From Lingula anatina (taxonomy: Eukaryota; Animalia; Brachiopoda), in NCBI GenBank assembly GCA_051362555.1, contig CM120642.1, forward strand, positions 27,714,001 to 27,778,000: a stretch of DNA of 64,000 nucleotides, written 5' to 3'. The translations under genes were made by a program, and so were the position numbers. Numbering within the stretch: position 1 is the stretch's first letter; each line of letters starts with the position of its first letter. The notes beneath the pieces were generated by a model that was not told the DNA's origin, made no database searches, and saw nothing but the letters and a program-made list of their open reading frames with translations. Below, piece by piece: positions 25,811 to 38,294 of the stretch.

Positions 25811-28482
25811 TAAGGAAGGCATTGCTGATACAGCCATCCCCAAAGCTGAAATCAAATATTGCTTGTATAAACTTTGCTTGTCTGATTTCGGGGTTTGACT
25901 GGGTCACGTTCTAGTCAAATCCCACTTTGGATTATCATACATGCATTTTCTCAAGTTATCATCATCATACCGCCCCTGTGCCAAAAGTTTAAAACCATTG
26001 CATAGGGAATCCGAAATAACCAAAATGACCGAAAATTGCCCTAGAAATTTACACCCGTGTATATCAAAGGTCATTGTTCTTGTTTCGTACCACTATTTCA
26101 AACTAATAACGCACTACATTCGTTTGTGTGCACTCAGCTTCTGTTTGAAATGATAATTATTCCATTTGTTAATTTTTAAATTAAAAAAGGGTATCCAACA
26201 GTAATCAGACATATTACTAAAAGGGGTTATAAATCGTTTATTTATTTCAATTATCAGATATGATTTGGTTCTTTGTAATACGTTTACTTTCACTACTAAG
26301 TAAATTCCACTTTCAAATGCAGCTTCGAAGTGAATATATTTTAAAAGGTAATTTTTTACCAAGAAAAGTAGGTATCTATTCTACTTTAAAGGGATAACAA
26401 CTGTTCGTTTTGGGCAAAAAAGAATTTTCCTGGAACAAACGACGTTTTTTTTTCTACTTACCAATGATTGATTAATCCGTTACGACATCCAAAGTTGGTC
26501 CATATGTTTTTTAACTTTGTTTTTTGTAATAATCTCTGAAGAGGTTATTACAGGGGAATAGCTATCTATGAGGGTCCACGTGGTCTGATGACAAAAAAAT
26601 ATTCCAAAATAATTATGATAACCGCTGCTTTGATGGTAAAATGGACTTTATTATATTTCTGTTGGTTGTTTACAAGGCATTTTTTTGTTTTTGGAAAATA
26701 TGTACCGCATATGCACAGTTGCTATCCCTTTAAAATCCCTTATATCAGAAGCGATTATAATTGTGACATCATGTTTGACTGTTCACTGCCGTCAATGGCC
26801 CTATATCTTTTTGCATTGACGCATATAGATAACCAAATTATGAAATCATATTCCTTTTTTCTTTGTATCGTACGGTATTTTTTATTGGCAAGTGCCTTTA
26901 TCAAACGCATTTGGAAAGAAGCAACCGTCTGCGAACACAGTTCAACCTCTTACTACACTTACTTACTGGGTATTTGGTGTGTATTTCTACTGTGGAATGC
27001 TGCAGGCCAACAAAGTCTACCCCCACCTGAATGGGTGCAAATGGATGAGAAATATATCACATTTACACATGCAGGGCATATTGTGCCTCTCCATCTACAA
27101 AACTATCATTATAAATGAAATCTGGGCTACGTAACTCGAAAGCGAGTAAATACCGAGTTATGGAATAGAGACGCTTGCGCTCGGTCGTAATTCGCGATGC
27201 TTTCGAGTTACGGAGCCCTGAATGCCAACGTGTTAAAAAAAACGGGCTGAGAGAGGACAGAATGGGAGTTGCAAAATGATAAGCCGCTTGAAAATCAACC
27301 GTGGATAATTTAATAGAATAAGATTCCAAAAGAAAGAACGACCATCTAACCTTCATGCCCTTGTTTATTTATTTATCAAAACCAATTTTCAAGATACATG
27401 TCATCTAGTTAATGGATTTTATAACATTTAATGACAATTAATCCGGAAATTAAAGCCAAAGCAAACTTTTTCTTCTTTCTTTAAAGACTCAATGGAACTC
27501 CCATGTCATTCTCCCCTTCTTCATGTTGTTCTGCAATTTACAATAATACTGCAAACGGAGGCGGCGTATTGGCTTTTAAGAATTACCACGCATCATCATT
27601 ATGAGGACCAAACATGAGCGTACTTTAGAGAAGCAATTGCAAAATGCGTTTGTTGCGATATTTTAGTGGCGTCGTGTCATGTCAGGCTGCATTCTTATTC
27701 AGATTAGTTTTAGAGGCCATCACTCAGGCAGCTGGTCACCTAGACCAAGTAATGGGCACTGGACTACGGTTCCTAGCAGACAAAAATTCCCGTCGCACCG
27801 TATTTCGTCTAGTGGAATATATTGCAAACTTGATAAGTTATAAATAAACAAAAGTAAAAAAAAACATTAACGTGCGACATCACGTTTTCATTCCACGATT
27901 TCTTCAAGTTTAATGTAATTGAGTATATATATTAACGTTTCTTATTTGCACAACAAACTAATTTTGGATTGAAAATTGGGAATAACGTGATATTCGTGTT
28001 TTTAAAATTATATGTTTAGCATTACGATTTTCGAGTCAAAGGAAAATGTTATACAGTATTTGTTTTATTTCCATGCAAATGTATAATTTCATATATATAT
28101 ATATGAAATATAATAGTATTTTAAAACATAATTTATGTTGCAACAGACTTATGCCCTTCTTTCCGAACGTAATCGCTTTTTCAGCTGAAATGAATACGAC
28201 AATTTTTCATTCAAAATAATTTAATTCTAAAAAGACACACCACACACCTGTCAACACTAAATATGTGGTAAAAGATAACATAGACCATACGTAACAAATA
28301 TAAATAACCGTCTCAAATATTACATTATGGGAAATGACAGCATACAACGTCAGCTCATAATTAATTAGCAGTGAAAAAGGAAATATTTCTCTTTTCGATC
28401 CAAGTCATATACCGGCATTATATTGGACTGAAAGCAAATACGTGGCAGATCAGCAAAAGTGAGGAATCGAATTATCTGCACA

Positions 28483-31194
28483 ATGCATATTTTAAGATGT
28501 GTACATGTACTACCGTCAAAGATTGGTGGTGCGTTGAAAATAAGTACACTGATTGTTGGGGCACTACTAGTCATTTCTTTCTTATTGTTTCCGGATATCA
28601 CACGGATCGTTGGAGAAACCAACCCAAAGAAATGGCGGTTCGGGGTGCCGACTGATTACTCTCAAGCTAGGCATGGCGAGGAACTCAGAGTTCTTCGAGG
28701 TGATGGCCAACTGTCAAGTGTAGACATGATCGAGGACCTGGGATCAAAGAGAATGAATGCAACCGATCCTAGATTATTGAAGCTCCTCCGCGAAAAATGG
28801 CTTCTTGCACCCTCCAAACGTCCCTACCACTTGGCTGAACCACAAAAAGTACATATGTCTCAGGTTGGACAATCAAAAGCAATTGATAAGCTACTGAAGC
28901 AAAGAAAAAACGGTTTCTTTGTCGAGGCGGGAGCCGCGGATGGTGAACGTATATCTAACTCGTTGTTTTTTGAGAGATTTAGGAATTGGACGGGAGTACT
29001 CGTAGAAGCAAACCCATGGGAATTTGATAAGATGACCAAGAAACACAGGTAGGCGGGTTTTCTTTCGATATCATTTAGTTTCCAACTACCAAACATCTGT
29101 CACGCAGGCCTACTTCTGTGTGCTAAGTTATTTATTAGCCTATTATGTAATGAAAGTCTTGGTATCTCAGTGATATGATATATAATCCACTGTATGAACA
29201 GGTGATATTGCTCGCTGATTTTCTTTTAATGGATTGCTATTTTTCAAGGACAGTTGCTGATCCATCAGTTTGTTTCCCTTTTGTAGTAAAATGCAAAATG
29301 GATGAATTTATAATAATGTCATCTTTTATATGAAACGAATTTGTACAGTGTTTTCTGTAGAAATCTATATCTGTCTTTCATTCGAATAAAAAAGATTCAG
29401 CTTGTCAACGTTAATATTTTTGTGTAGCTATTTAGAAGAGTATATCAGAGAATAAAACTGGTTCAGAACTTCATATTTAAATCTATTTAGAAGAGTATAT
29501 CAGAGAATAAAACTGTTTCAGAACTTCATATTTACTGTATATTGTACGATCTAATCTAACACCAAAACAAAAATCATCCAATTTTTCATCAAAATAAGTT
29601 TATTTCATGCTTAAAGACTTGAATACTTCATTAGGTATCCAAGCACTATTTTTTGACATTTTCTTATTGTCATGATATAATCAACTCTATTCAGAGGTTT
29701 AAATCAAAGGGAAAATAAACTGACCAATGTTTAAAATCCCAAGATCTGAATTTTCATAAACATTTTTGATTTTTCAGGGCATTTTCTTTTATGTTTTCTT
29801 CTTGTTTTTTTTTTCATTAATAACACAGATACAAGCTTATTCCATTGTTTTTCACAGGTATGTATGAACTTAACAAGATAGAAGTGATTTTGAAAAACCA
29901 GTTAAAACAGTTTAAACCAGGAGTTTGACATGAGTCATGTGAACTTACTGTTACAGAATGATAATGCTACTCCACGTAAAGCCAATGTAATATTAAGCTG
30001 GTTATATGCGTTACCAGACTTAGATCTCTCCCCCGCCACCACCAAATCGCTCAACCGCTCAGAACCTCATTAAGAATGAGTAGGATATCCTCGGATATTT
30101 TGCAAGGGAAGTATAAAAATTTGCATTCTACTGCCTAAAGGACAAACATAACACATTAGTGTAATAAAATGAAATAAACATATTATGGTGTAAAATGAGA
30201 TGAATTAAGTCTTGGTGTTAGAGTGGATCGTAAAAAATCCCCTCAATGTGGAGAAAGATAGAAATCCCTAGAGTGTTTTGCTGATTTGATAGTTTTGGCA
30301 ATTTTTTTAGGAACTAAAAACATGATTTTTTCTTGGTATACACCTCTGAAAAGGTTATAATATACAAAATTATTTAATTTGACTAGCTGAACTTTTTTAA
30401 ACTTAAATGAATGACAGACCTGGATTTTTTAAAGATTTCTTAAAAGACATTCTTTTATACATGTATTTATGATGAGATAATTAGTTTTTGCATTGGCGTA
30501 CACAAAACTGTCTCTGGAGAATGTAAGGTTCAAAGTCTGAGTCATAATTTTTTTCTCGGGAAAAATAGTAAAGTCCATGTCATAAAAAGTTCATATCTGT
30601 TTTACTATATTTCCAAAATATTGTCTCCACTGGCATCACATCCATTTTAAATGGTTCCTGCTTCCTTTGTGTGCAGTAACATTTATGTTTTGTGTTTAGT
30701 TTCACATCACTTTAATCTTATTGTTTATTTTTGATATTTTATTTTTAATACAGGAAAACAAATATCATCAACGCTTGCCTGTCTCCGATACCGCACCCAG
30801 TGCGAATGGAATTTAACTATGTCGAAGGGTTAGGTGGCATCAGTGACATGGGCCGCAAGTTTCCAAGCGGAAAAGGCAAAGGACTAGCACAATGTTTCCC
30901 AATACATTCCATCCTGGCCGCACTGGGCGTCAACCACGTGGACTACTTCTCCCTGGACGTCGAGGGGGCCGAGGTGGAGATTCTCAAGACATTCCCTTGG
31001 AAAGAAATCATGGTGGACACGTGGACACGTGGACTGTGGAGTACGGGGTGGTCCATGCAAGGGGAGGAACAGAGGAGGTCCGGCGCAAGACAGAAATCAG
31101 GAAGATCTTCCAAAACACAGGATTGTACCAAGAGATAGATACTCCTGGATTAAAACAGGATATACTATTTGCTCGAAAGGAGATACTGGCCTAG
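28483..31194 (+). pseudogene. FkbM/Star-like methyltransferase, copy 5: frameshifted by an 8-bp tandem duplication in exon 2
   Basis: Exon 1 28483-29048 intact; exon 2 starts at 30754. gtggacac-gtggacac-gtggac at 31013-31034 shifts the frame (stop at 31138); the normal C-terminus continues in another frame to 31194. Confidence 0.82.
29428..29534. repeat. ~55-bp tandem duplication in the intron of copy 5
   Basis: ctatttagaagagtatatcagagaataaaactg(g/t)ttcagaacttcatattta occurs twice. Confidence 0.8.
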
Positions 31195-32729
31195 TAACGA
31201 AGGTGTTGCTGATGTGGTCACCACAAACCTGAATTCAAACATTGCCTGTATAAACTGTGTCAAGTTCAAGTCAAACATCGAGTTTAAGGGGACATTGGGG
31301 ACTTCCTTCTCTACTTTCTGGATAATCATACATGCATTTTCTCAAGTTATCATCATCAAAACAATAAAAATTCAAAACCGTTGCATGGGGAACCTGAAAT
31401 TATCGAAAAAGACTGCAAATTACCATAGAAATTTACACCCTTGCATATCAAATGTCGCTGTGCTTGATTCGTACCACTATTGTAGACTAATCACGTACTT
31501 CATTTGTCATTGTACCCATCTACTATCTGAAATGGTAATTATTCAATTTGTTAATCCCCAAAAGGTTTCCAACAGAAACCAGACATATATTACTAAATGG
31601 GGTTATAAATCAACTATTTATTTCATTTTAAAATATAATTTGGTTTTTTCAATACTTTATCTTTCACTACTAAGTAAATTCCGCTTTCAAATGCAGCTTC
31701 GAAGTGATTGTATTTCAAAAGGTAATTTGTACCAAAAGTAGCTATCTATTCTACTTTAAAGAACTGTTAGTTTTGGCCAAAAAAGGATTTTCCTGGAACA
31801 AACGACGTTTTTTTTCTACTTACCAATGGTCAATGAATCCGTTACGACATCCAAAGATGGTCGTTTTTTTTTCATAAAAGTTTGGTTTTTGTAAGAGATT
31901 ATTACGGAGGAAACACCATCTTTGAAGGTCCACCAGGTGTGATGGCAAGCACAGATTCCAGAATAATTGTGATAACTATGTTTTGGTGTTAAAATGGAAT
32001 TTATTGGATTTCTATTGCTCGTTTACAATGTATTTATTGGGAAAATATGAATCTCATGTGCACAGTTGTTATCCCTTTAAAATCCCTTCTACCAGAAGCT
32101 ATTATAATTGTGACATCACGTTTGACTGGGCGATGCAGTCCATCAATGGCCCTATACGTAGATGGGACGAATGTCAACTAGACCAAGTGATGGTGCCCTG
32201 AGTGTCAGGGCACTATAAAGCTAGCTTGTTCACTACACTTTTCATGTGATAGTTTTACAGTTCTGATATGGGTTATATATGAAATCAAGATCGCGCTGGC
32301 AATACTGAAATCTAGAACCTAGTGTAAGTGATGGGGACTGGACTACAGTTCCTAGCGGACAAACATTCCTGTCGCACCTGTATTTCGTATAGTGCAATAT
32401 ATTACAAACTTGATAAGGTTTAAATTAGTAAAAAAAAAAAAAAACATTAACGTGCGACATCACGTTTTCATTCCACGCTTTAATTCTTTAAGTTTAATAC
32501 AGTTGAGTTTATATACGTGACTCATTTGCACAACAAACTAATCTAACCTTGAAAATTGGGAATAACATGATATTCGTTTTTTAGTTATATGTTTAGCCTT
32601 ACGCTTTTCGAGCCAAAGGAAATATTATACAGTAGTTGTTTTATTTCCATCGAATGTATAATTTCATCATACAAATATAAATAACCGTCTTAAATATAAC
32701 ATTCTAATGATAAAAATAGAAAATGACAG

Positions 32730-33880
32730 CATCATGGCCAGAAATGAGCAGCATTCACGCGATACGCGAGGGCGCTACAGTAGTGCTTCACGTGACTCAA
32801 CTAGCCAATCACAGCACAAAAATGGCATCGCACACAGACTCTGTGATAAGTGCTCATAGTCAAGTAGTGTTAGTTCATGGTAACAAGCGTCTGACATGTG
32901 CAGAGAAGTTTATTGTAATATATATTGTTCTTATTGTTACATTATTAAATCTAACTCTGTATCCAAGTAGTAACTATACTGTACCAAGTCAGGTACTGAT
33001 GATGTGCAGAGGTCATATATTCCACAGTAAGCCATTACCACTAACTTATAACTTTAATTTTGTTTAATATGTTATTCATGAAAGAGTTCATGAAAGATTA
33101 TTTTAATTTGTTAAATCGTGATCTTATTCTTTTTATATTCAAATAATTGAATAATGTGGGTAAAATTGGTCTTCCACTTCTTATTTGCATTTTTCCTTTA
33201 CTACAAGATTATTTTGGAACAGTTGAAGCATTAAAATTTAAAATAAATAGCAATCTGAAAGAAGAAATTTGCATTATTATTAGATGATGATAGGAATTTT
33301 GGATTAAGAGATTAGTTAAATACTGAGTAGTGATATTGTCAGTCAATTTATGTAGAATCTGATAATATGATTGAAAATACTGATAGAATTCTTGGCCTTG
33401 CCCTGGGCAGTTTCACATTTGTGCCAAGTGCTTTTTTGGACTCCATTGTACAGTGGTAAAAGTTCTTCAATTGCCATGAAAGTTTATAAACAGACTCTGT
33501 ATGGTGCTGCTATCTGCTGGTGCTATCGGCAACGAATTAGTTTGCCTTTGTTTCTGAGTGAATCTACCGTCTAAAATCACTATTTCTGAAAATATGTGCG
33601 TTTTGCTGAGGGTAGGCTAGGCATACACGGCAAACTTCTTAGTACGTGTGTACAACAGAATTTTTTTAAAAACCCCAGCGATATTTGGTCAGGAGTTGCT
33701 TGAAGCACAGCACAGCGTTGCTGTCTATCGGCATCAGGCCGTTAGTTTGTCAATTATCACGAATTACCCACGAATCGTAAACCCATTCATTTTCCTATGG
33801 CAATCTAGCAACTCATTAAAAGTGCACGCATGCGCAGTGGGCTAAGCGTGACGTCATGCAGTGCATTTCTGGGGATGGTG
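32730..33880. mobile_element. ~1.15-kb non-autonomous DNA transposon inserted just upstream of copy 6
   Basis: Imperfect TIRs catcatggccagaaatgagcagcat / atgcagtgcatttctggggatggtg. Absent at the paralogous site of copy 5 (gaaatgacagcatacaacgtcag, about 28331-28353). Confidence 0.6.
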
Positions 33881-34021
33881 GTCAACCTATACAACGTCAG
33901 TTCATAATTTATTAGCAGTGAAAAGGATTTTTTTTTCTAGTCATATACATGTACCGGCATTATAATGGATTAAAAGCAAATGCGTGGCAGATCAGCAAAA
34001 GTGGTTTAAATTATCTACACA

Positions 34022-34358
34022 ATGTATATATGGAGACTTGTACTACCGTCAAAGATTGGTGGTGCGTTGAAAGTAAGTACACTGATTATTGTGGCACTAC
34101 TAGTCATTTCTTTCTTATTGTTTCCGGATATCACACGGATCGTTGGAGAATGGCAGTTCGGGGTGCCGAGTGTTTACTCTCAAGCTAGGCTTGGCGACGA
34201 ATCCGGCGTTCTTCGAGGTGATGGCCAACTGACAAGTGTAGACATGATCGAGGACCTGGGATCAAAGAGAATGAATGCAACCGATCCTAGATTATTGAAG
34301 CTCCTCCGCGAAAAATGGCTTCTTGCACCCTCCAACCGTCCATACCACTTGGATCAAC

Positions 34359-34402
<44 letters not shown>

Positions 34403-34590
34403 CGCGTCTCAGCTTGGGCAATCACAGGCAATTGATAATCTACTGAAACAGAGAAACAATGGTTTCTTTGTCGAGGCGGGATCCTTGGATGGTGAACGTA
34501 TTTATTGTTTTTTGAGAGATTTCGGAACTGGACAGGAGTACTCGTAGAAGACAACCCATGGGAATTTGATAAGATGACTAAGAAACACAG
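34022..34590 (+). pseudogene. FkbM/Star-like methyltransferase, copy 6: exon 1 only, multiply disabled
   Basis: 39-nt poly-A at 34360-34398 (8 A in copy 4), a ~7-nt deletion in the GERISNSLF codons (about 34499-34506), donor at 34591, and no exon 2 before copy 7. Confidence 0.85.
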
Positions 34591-35256
34591 GTAGGTGGGT
34601 TTCTTTCGAGATCACATTGTTTCCCACAGCCAAACATCGGTCACACAAACCCGCTTATGTGTGCTAGATTATTCATCAGCCTATTAATTTCTGAATAATA
34701 ATACATATAATTCACTGTATGGCACAGGTGCGGTTTCTCACTAATTCTCCTTTGACGGATCGCAATTGTTCAAGGACAGTTGCTGATCCATCAGTATGTT
34801 TTCCTTAGCTATCGAGAGTGCAAAATGATTATTATATAATAATGTCATATTTTATATAAAAGGGATTTGTTTTTTTAAAAGAAGTCTAAATCTTTGATTC
34901 GATCGAATTGAAAAGGTTCAGCTAGCCAAATCAATATTTTGTATAGTAATGTACATTTATGCAGAGAAATGTATCAAAGGATAAAACTGATTGAGAACTA
35001 TGTATAAAAGCCCTTATAAGATTTTACCAAAACGCTCTAGGGATTACAATCATTTCTCAACATTTATTGGGTATTTTGCGATCTACACACACTGGACAAT
35101 AGAAGTGTCACCCCTACTGAACCAATACTTTGGGGGAAATAAATGACTGTGATATGATATGCTCCTGGTATCATTTTATTAACATCATATTTTACAAAAA
35201 GACCAACAATACAATTCCATGGTACAGCGGTTTTATACTCATTAGTCACATTATAA

Positions 35257-37481
35257 GTAGACCAGGCATAGACAAACAGTTAAAAAAAGCGAGGCAAAGG
35301 GTTTATTTTTTAAGAAAGTTGAAGGATTTTACTTCAAATGAAATGATTTTAGCAAACTTTTACAAATGCGTTATAGAAAGTATATTAACATTTGCAATCA
35401 TAGTATGGTATGGGCGGGCCACTGTAGAAGAACGCAAGCGTTTAGATATGGTCACATCAACGTGCGGCAAAATCATCGGTCTGGAACTCCCCTCTCTAGG
35501 TGCCATCTATACTAATACAGTAAACTCGTTAGCGTATGAGAGTGCGTAATTACGCGTTGTTTTGCTGTTTTTACGCATTGGCTGGAGCCCCAGCGCGTAC
35601 GAATACGCACACCTTTGGCTTTGAAGATCGGCGAAGTTGACCAGTCTGTTGACTGTTGACGGTCAGACTCATGTTGAAAATGTCATAATTGATTCCCAAG
35701 TGTCTCATTTTTTTCTTAAGATATTTGAATTACCCGACTAAAACATGCTTCTTCTTTCACTGAGCCGCAGAGGATGACGTAATCTTCTCTGATTGGTCAT
35801 AATATGCAAGTTTTAGGTCAAAGCACGTGTGCCTCTCTTTAGTATAAACAAGGTATGAACAACGATGAAATGATCGTTTTTTTATTCACATAATTGTTCA
35901 ACATTTTAATTGAGCAACCATACGTTTAGGACCAATTTAAATCACTCGCCCAGACCAAATATACTTTAGGCCAGTAACCCTTGTGACTTTTGTAGTTTTA
36001 GTCGTCAGAATAAATTTTTAGTCGCATTTGACGAGCGGGCGACCGGGAATTTCCAGCTCTGCTGATTACCAGTGATGACAAAATGACGAGAAAAAGGAAA
36101 AGCAAAGGAAAAAAACAACAGTCAATTAAAAAATTTTGTCATGCAAGGTAGGCAAAGTTATTTACTATAGATTTCAGAGTCCGACATACCTACTTGCGAT
36201 GGTTGCGTTTCGCAACTAGTTTTATCAGCCGGGCAACTAAAATTTAGCTGGTAGTTGCCCGGAAACGCAAGTGACTTTCGGCTGTTCACTTGCCCGGAAA
36301 ATTTGAAGTGTAAAATTTATTATCACAGACAAAATAGATCGTTTATTATTGGCAGTCATTTGCCGGTTGGAAACAAAGTGGTTTGCAGCAACCGGCTAGC
36401 TCCAGATTTGGCCAGCTTAGAAAACAGTTGAACTTGAAGTGCTGCGCAAACAAACATAAATAAAAATTATCTTTCAACAAACTGTGAAATAATATTTCTA
36501 GTAATTATTTACAAATTGAAAGCAAAGGTTTAATTTTTATAAACAATTTAGTAAAACTTAAAAACGACGGGTGCCTAATGTTCCCGACTTGACCTACTTT
36601 TTGTCGGCATCAATTTTAGGGAGAAACACTAGGAAGAATAAGAAGTATGAACATTTTGATTGATTAAAATGGCTTAATATGTAAATTTTGTGTCCCTTCT
36701 CAAATAGTATACTAAAAAATGCTTGTTTGACAGAGACGGATACTGGGTGACTACTTGTCAGTGTCCAGACATTTTGGCGCCGTTCTCTATCTCTCCCTCT
36801 CCCAACTATTACAGAGCGCTTGTTTGACCTAGTTTTTTTAAAAACTTTACTAAGGAAGCAGTTAGGCCAGGAGCATTTTTAAATCTCAGTCAAGAATAGA
36901 TTGTAAATTTTTGGCTATGAAGTGCAGTCGTACTTGTTGTATTTTGATTGTTTCTGTGGTAATTTAAAAGCAATGTAAAATCTCTAATAAATTACATGTT
37001 ATATTTTCACCCACCCCCCCCCCCCCAACTGATTTTTGGAGAAAAAGCCAAAGAAACAACACTATAAGGTGACATAGTAATTACACCTTGATGAGCATTT
37101 TTTAATTTTACCCCTTCATTTTGAAAATTACCCCTTCTTTTTTTGGGCAAGGGGTACGGTACTCCCTTAGAAAAATCCTACCGAGTGCACTGTAATAGAT
37201 CAGTAACAAAAACAGAGAAAATCATGTCTGACTATACCCACCCCGCACATGGGCTTTTTAAATTTTTACCGAGCAACTGCAGGCTTTTAACTTTTAAGGG
37301 ATCTAAAAGGTTTTTAAAGAGTTTTTACCCATCTGCTGTGTCTTATTTTAACAACAAAATGGAAATTTATAATTTATTTATTTATAATTTGTAACCCGAA
37401 TAGCAGTCCAATTTCCGTTTTATATGAATTTTATATTTATATATTAATGGCTGAATAAACTCTTATCTTACATCTTACATC
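35257..37481 (+). mobile_element. 5'-truncated LINE (Rex1/Babar-like, CR1/L2 group), C-terminal post-RT region, split by a DNA transposon
   Basis: KKARQRVYFLRKLK...FYKCVIESILTFAIIVWYG...IIGLELPSL (35260-35517) rejoins in frame to RSVTKTEKIMSDYTHPAHGLFKFLPS...FLKSFYPSAV (37198-37394). AATAAA and (ATCTTAC)n tail; TTATAA on both sides as TSD. Confidence 0.8.
35518..37192. mobile_element. ~1.7-kb non-autonomous DNA transposon with CAG-termini and 5-bp TSD (hAT5-like)
   Basis: TAATA-cagtaaactcgttag ... ctaccgagtgcactg-TAATA. Removing it plus one TSD restores the LINE reading frame (I-Y-T-N-R-S-V). Confidence 0.75.
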
Positions 37482-38294
37482 TTATAACTTTGATTACTCT
37501 GATTCAGGGGGTGACACTTCTTTTGTCCAGTGTGTGTAGTAGTCTAACAACCAAAACAAAATCATCTGATTTTGCATCAAAATAATTTTATTTCATATCA
37601 AATTCATGTATTAAAGTTTAATTTTTGTGCTAAATTACTTCAATACTTCATTCAGAAGCCAAGAGCTATTCTCTGATAATATATTATTATTCATGATAAA
37701 ATCTACTATCTATTCCGAGGAATAAATTAAAGGAAAAATATACTGACCAATGTTAAAAATCCCTGCAAAATTTGCCACACTGCCAAATGACTACATCATT
37801 GTAAAGATAACTTTTATACCTTGGGATGAAAGAATATATAACAGGCCAACCCAACTACCAGACTCGGCACCGAATGATCCTGAATTCACCGGTAGATCAG
37901 ACCACACTATATATAAGAAATTATACATTTGCAATCGTAATTGTATTTATTTTGCAATCGTAATTGTATTTACGTTCTTTCTGAACGTATTCACTTTTTC
38001 AGTTCAAATTAATATGACAATTTTTCATTCAAAATAATTAAATTCTAAAAAGACACGCCACACAGCTCTCTAAATATGTGGTAATACGTAACATAGACCA
38101 TACGCAACAAATATAAGTAACTGTCTCAAATATTACATTCTGGGAAATGAGAGCATGCAACGTCAGCTCATTATTTATTAGCAGTAAAAAGGAAATGTTT
38201 TTCTTTTCGATCCAAGTCATATACCGGCATTATATTGAATTGAAAGCAAATACGTGGCGGATCAGCAAAAGTGAGGGATCGAATTAGCTGCACA

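Larger units (their letters stand above)
35086..37536. mobile_element. Tc1/mariner-type MITE (outer element of a nested stack), TA TSD
   Basis: TA-cacacactggacaatagaagtgtcacccc ... ggggtgacacttcttttgtccagtgtgtg-TA. Empty site 'cgatcTAgtctaacaa' in the intron of copy 4 (about 25291-25306). Confidence 0.8.

Noticed and set aside
31169-31741. 190-aa ORF following copy 5
   Set aside because: It is 3' UTR/flank sequence whose paralogues are not open, and it starts at a non-ATG codon.
34323-34554. Poly-Lys / poly-Phe ORFs
   Set aside because: Products of the 39-nt poly-A in pseudogene copy 6.
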